From contig CAWHXP010000017.1 of assembly GCA_963833425.1 (NCBI GenBank), forward strand, positions 1 to 31,649: 31,649 nt of DNA. The letters are read 5' to 3'. Shown piece after piece: positions 28,956 to 31,649 of this stretch. Numbering within the stretch: position 1 is the first letter of the stretch; every line of letters starts with the position of its first letter. The position numbers were made by a program, and so were the translations under genes. This DNA is from an uncultured Methanosarcinaceae archaeon. Its GTDB lineage: Archaea; Halobacteriota; Methanosarcinia; Methanosarcinales; Methanosarcinaceae. Below the pieces are notes generated by a model. The model was not told where the DNA came from and did not search any database. It was given only the letters and a program-made list of their open reading frames with translations.

Positions 28956-29254
28956 TTGAGATACCTCTCTGTCCATAATCTATCTTTTTTGTCCAGCACT
29001 TCGATTAGCATAACTGGAGCCAGTTACTTCAGTAAATGAACATGCGAATTTTCGTTACACTGGAAACTTAATTATAAAAATATCAATAGCTTAATGAAGA
29101 AAAACCTTGAAATTCTCAAAATTTAATGCCGACCTGCCGAAAGTAGGTTCAAATATTACCTTTAAGCCTTGTCATGAAAATTACTTACATAAAGATCAAA
29201 ACTAAATACCGAAATTAATTGGATAACCTTAATTGATAAACTTAGGGGTATAGT

Positions 29255-29935
29255 ATGCCTGAAAATATTGACCTGCCACTGGCAATAAAACACAGTGAAT
29301 ATGAAGAAAGTATGAAGATACTTGAGATTAAGCTAGGTGAGCTCAAACGCAAGACCCGACAATTGAAGATCCCCATTATTTTTGTTTTCGAAGGCTGGCA
29401 TGCATCCGGGCTGGGAGAAGCTATCAATCGTTTTATATTGCCTCTGGATTCGAGAGGATACGATTTTCACACCATGACTTTTGCTTGTTATGGAGATGAA
29501 CTTAAACCCTTTCTTCTGCACTTTTGGACTCTTATTCCAGTAAGAGGTAAAATTGCGATATTTGATCAAAGTTGGTACAGCCGGGCAATCGTAAAACATT
29601 TCATGAAGGAAAAATCCAAATACAAACTTGAGAAATGCCAGGGAAAAATAAATTGTTTCTAACGTCAGCTTTCAGATGATGGATACCTTATATTGAAGTT
29701 TTCTCTCCATATCAGTAAAAAAGAGCAAGAAGATCGTTTCAAGAAAATTCAAAAAAAAGGCATCCCCCTAATCATCGATGAATACGAAAAGAAAAATGAA
29801 ACGGAACGAGATTTTATCCATGAATATAATAAGTACCTGCCAATTGTAGAAAAAGTGCTTGAAAAAACAGACATGCCATATCAAAAAATTACCTGCTTTT
29901 TCAGCATTATTCATGATCCACCAGTTTTCTCATGA
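29255..29935 (+). pseudogene. ppk2: Polyphosphate kinase 2 family (polyP:AMP phosphotransferase-like); in-frame TAA 29660-62 and 3' truncation near 29880
   Basis: IFVFEGWHASGLG, IAIFDQSWYSR, INCF*RQLSDDGYLILKFSLHISKKEQ and EKTDMPY. Confidence 0.82.
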
Positions 29936-30445
29936 TTTTGAGCTTGGGAATTTGATACGCGGAAACTGAAGAATTATTGATGGCATTGACAGAGGGAACA
30001 AAGCAATGGATGTATCGGTTGATGTATCAATATTAAAACGATATTGAAGGACATTAGATCATTAATTTGGAGGAATATTACTTGAAAACAGATGTATTAG
30101 TTTTTTTCTTTTAACTCTTGCACAAATTGGGAAATATTCAAATAAATATCCAAATTTAATTTACATTTATAAAATAGATATGACAATCCGTGAAAATAAA
30201 AATCTCACCTGAATCTTCTACAAGTTTCGATTGTTGTTTTGACGTATAAATCAGATGAAAATAAGCTTCATTGTATTAAATATTCATTACATCCATTTCG
30301 AACTAATCACTAAAGCGATGAATTTTTGTTTTCAGGAGAGCCGCTATTCCTATCTTTAAGAGCATTTTTCTGCACTTTAACTTAACACAAAGTGATGATG
30401 CAATGAACATACAGAATGACTTCTATTAACGAGATCCTACTATAT

Positions 30446-30478
<33 letters not shown>

Positions 30479-30733
30479 TATAATAATTTATAATTATATG
30501 AGTCAATATATTCCCTACGTTACTCATATACAACTACATGATCAGAAGCCTATATTAAGCTGAAAAGTTGATGACTCTCATCTTCCAGCTTTAGGAATGG
30601 AATCTGTTGGAAAATATATCATTTTCGGAGTTAAAACAGCGGCTCCTTAGTGCTGAAAAACAGAAGAATTAAAAAATGAAAACAAAATCATGATAGAAAT
30701 GAATCTATTTGTTATCTTCTCTTATGCTTCAAC

Positions 30734-30988
30734 TCATGCCCTTGCTTTCATCTTGTCCACTATAATGTAGTCTTTAATGGCGCTTACGGAATCAAAAGGC
30801 ATAAGAATATAGTTGTCCATTTTTTTGTACCTGGAAGTGTCAAAGTTTGGATTTGGAGTGATCATCATGTCAATGATGTTTCCCCCTTTAATTTCGAATA
30901 TAATGTTGCTCAGCGTTCCTATCTCCGTTCCGTCGGTAGCCATTACCTGCTTATTAAAGAGAAGGTTCCTTGCAAATACTGTCGACAT
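30734..30988 (-). CDS. Single PRC-barrel protein (archaeal type, CdpB-like family)
   Basis: MSTVFARNLLFNKQVMATDGTEIGTL...PFDSVSAIKDYIIVD. ATG 30988 follows GGAG. Confidence 0.85.
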   Translation of the reverse strand: MSTVFARNLLFNKQVMATDGTEIGTLSNIIFEIKGGNIIDMMITPNPNFDTSRYKKMDNYILMPFDSVSAIKDYIIVDKMKARA

Positions 30989-31135
30989 TTTATATCTTAT
31001 CTCCGTTCTCAATCTTATGCGGATCAGGATAAACCTGGCTTTTCGCCTTGGATAATTTACTCCAATTGGAGCTATATTCTTTAAAAACTTTTCTGTTCAA
31101 GTGCTCATCCTTTAAAAAATTAATAATTTCATCTA

Positions 31136-31649
31136 TCATCTGTAACCAACATACGCACTTGTTTCTGTTGGTTTCTGACCTCCCTTAAACTGTGCTTCTA
31201 TTTTTTCGTAGAATTGAGCAATATTTTCTGTAATAGTGGGCTTTACCTTCTTCAGAGCTTCCCTGAAGTGTCTCATTTCTATTAGTTCTATATCAAAATT
31301 CTCTCTGAGAGCAATCAAAACAGCTTCCCTACATACCGATTCGATGTCGGCCCCTACATAACCCTCAGTTATGTCGGCAAGGTTTTCCAGGTCCACATCC
31401 TCGTTAAGAGGTGTATTTTTTGTGTGTATATTAAAAATTTTGAGCCTACCTCTGCGGTCAGGAGTCCCCAGATAAACCAATCTGTCGAAGCGACCAGGAC
31501 GTATGATTGCAGGGTCCAAGAGGTTAGGGCGATTGGTTGCGGCAATCACTACCACATCTTTAAGAATCTCCAGACCGTCCATTTCCGTCAGAAGCTGGTT
31601 CAGCACTCTCTCTAAGTATGGCTATCTGTGGATTCCATGCCCGACATGG
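31136..31649 (-). CDS. cdc48: CDC48/VCP-family AAA+ ATPase, C-terminal part (partial); apparent 1-nt deletion ~31614
   Basis: VLNQLLTEMDG, AATNRP, DPAIIRPGRFDR, GYVGADIE and C-terminal HbYX-like GYR. Confidence 0.92.

Noticed and set aside
31610..31630. TAG codons in the cdc48 5' region as Pyl
   Set aside because: Restoring one base (ACT TCA GAG) gives the expected STDSHTSERV reading. This is an indel at the sequence end.

Overview
This low-GC archaeal window is most consistent with Methanosarcina, judged from GGAG/GGTGA ribosome-binding sites, archaeal type II GAPDH, ADP-dependent sugar kinases, CDC48 and Methanosarcina-style MITEs. It concentrates sugar and central-carbon genes: gap, pfkC plus a decayed ADP-glucokinase, gpmI, ppsA, a D-2-hydroxyacid dehydrogenase, a phosphohexomutase, two GT4 glycosyltransferases (one fused to a phosphomannose-isomerase cupin) and a GH130 protein. 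These are mixed with stress-type genes (P-type H+-ATPase, PRC-barrel proteins, DUF1269, pentapeptide repeats, ppk2). There are many pseudogenes, an IS5 remnant and at least six MITE-like families. Features missed by the ORF track include a 97-codon ORF with an in-frame amber codon (possible pyrrolysine), a degenerate tRNA-Leu(GAG) just upstream of a 49-aa zinc-ribbon microprotein, a 67-bp inverted gap fragment at a deletion junction 28.5 kb from gap, a long non-coding module repeated four times and a candidate multi-stem RNA. Several isolated 1-nt frameshifts (gap, ATPase, pfkC, cdc48) may be sequencing errors. All assignments were made by eye; no searches were run.
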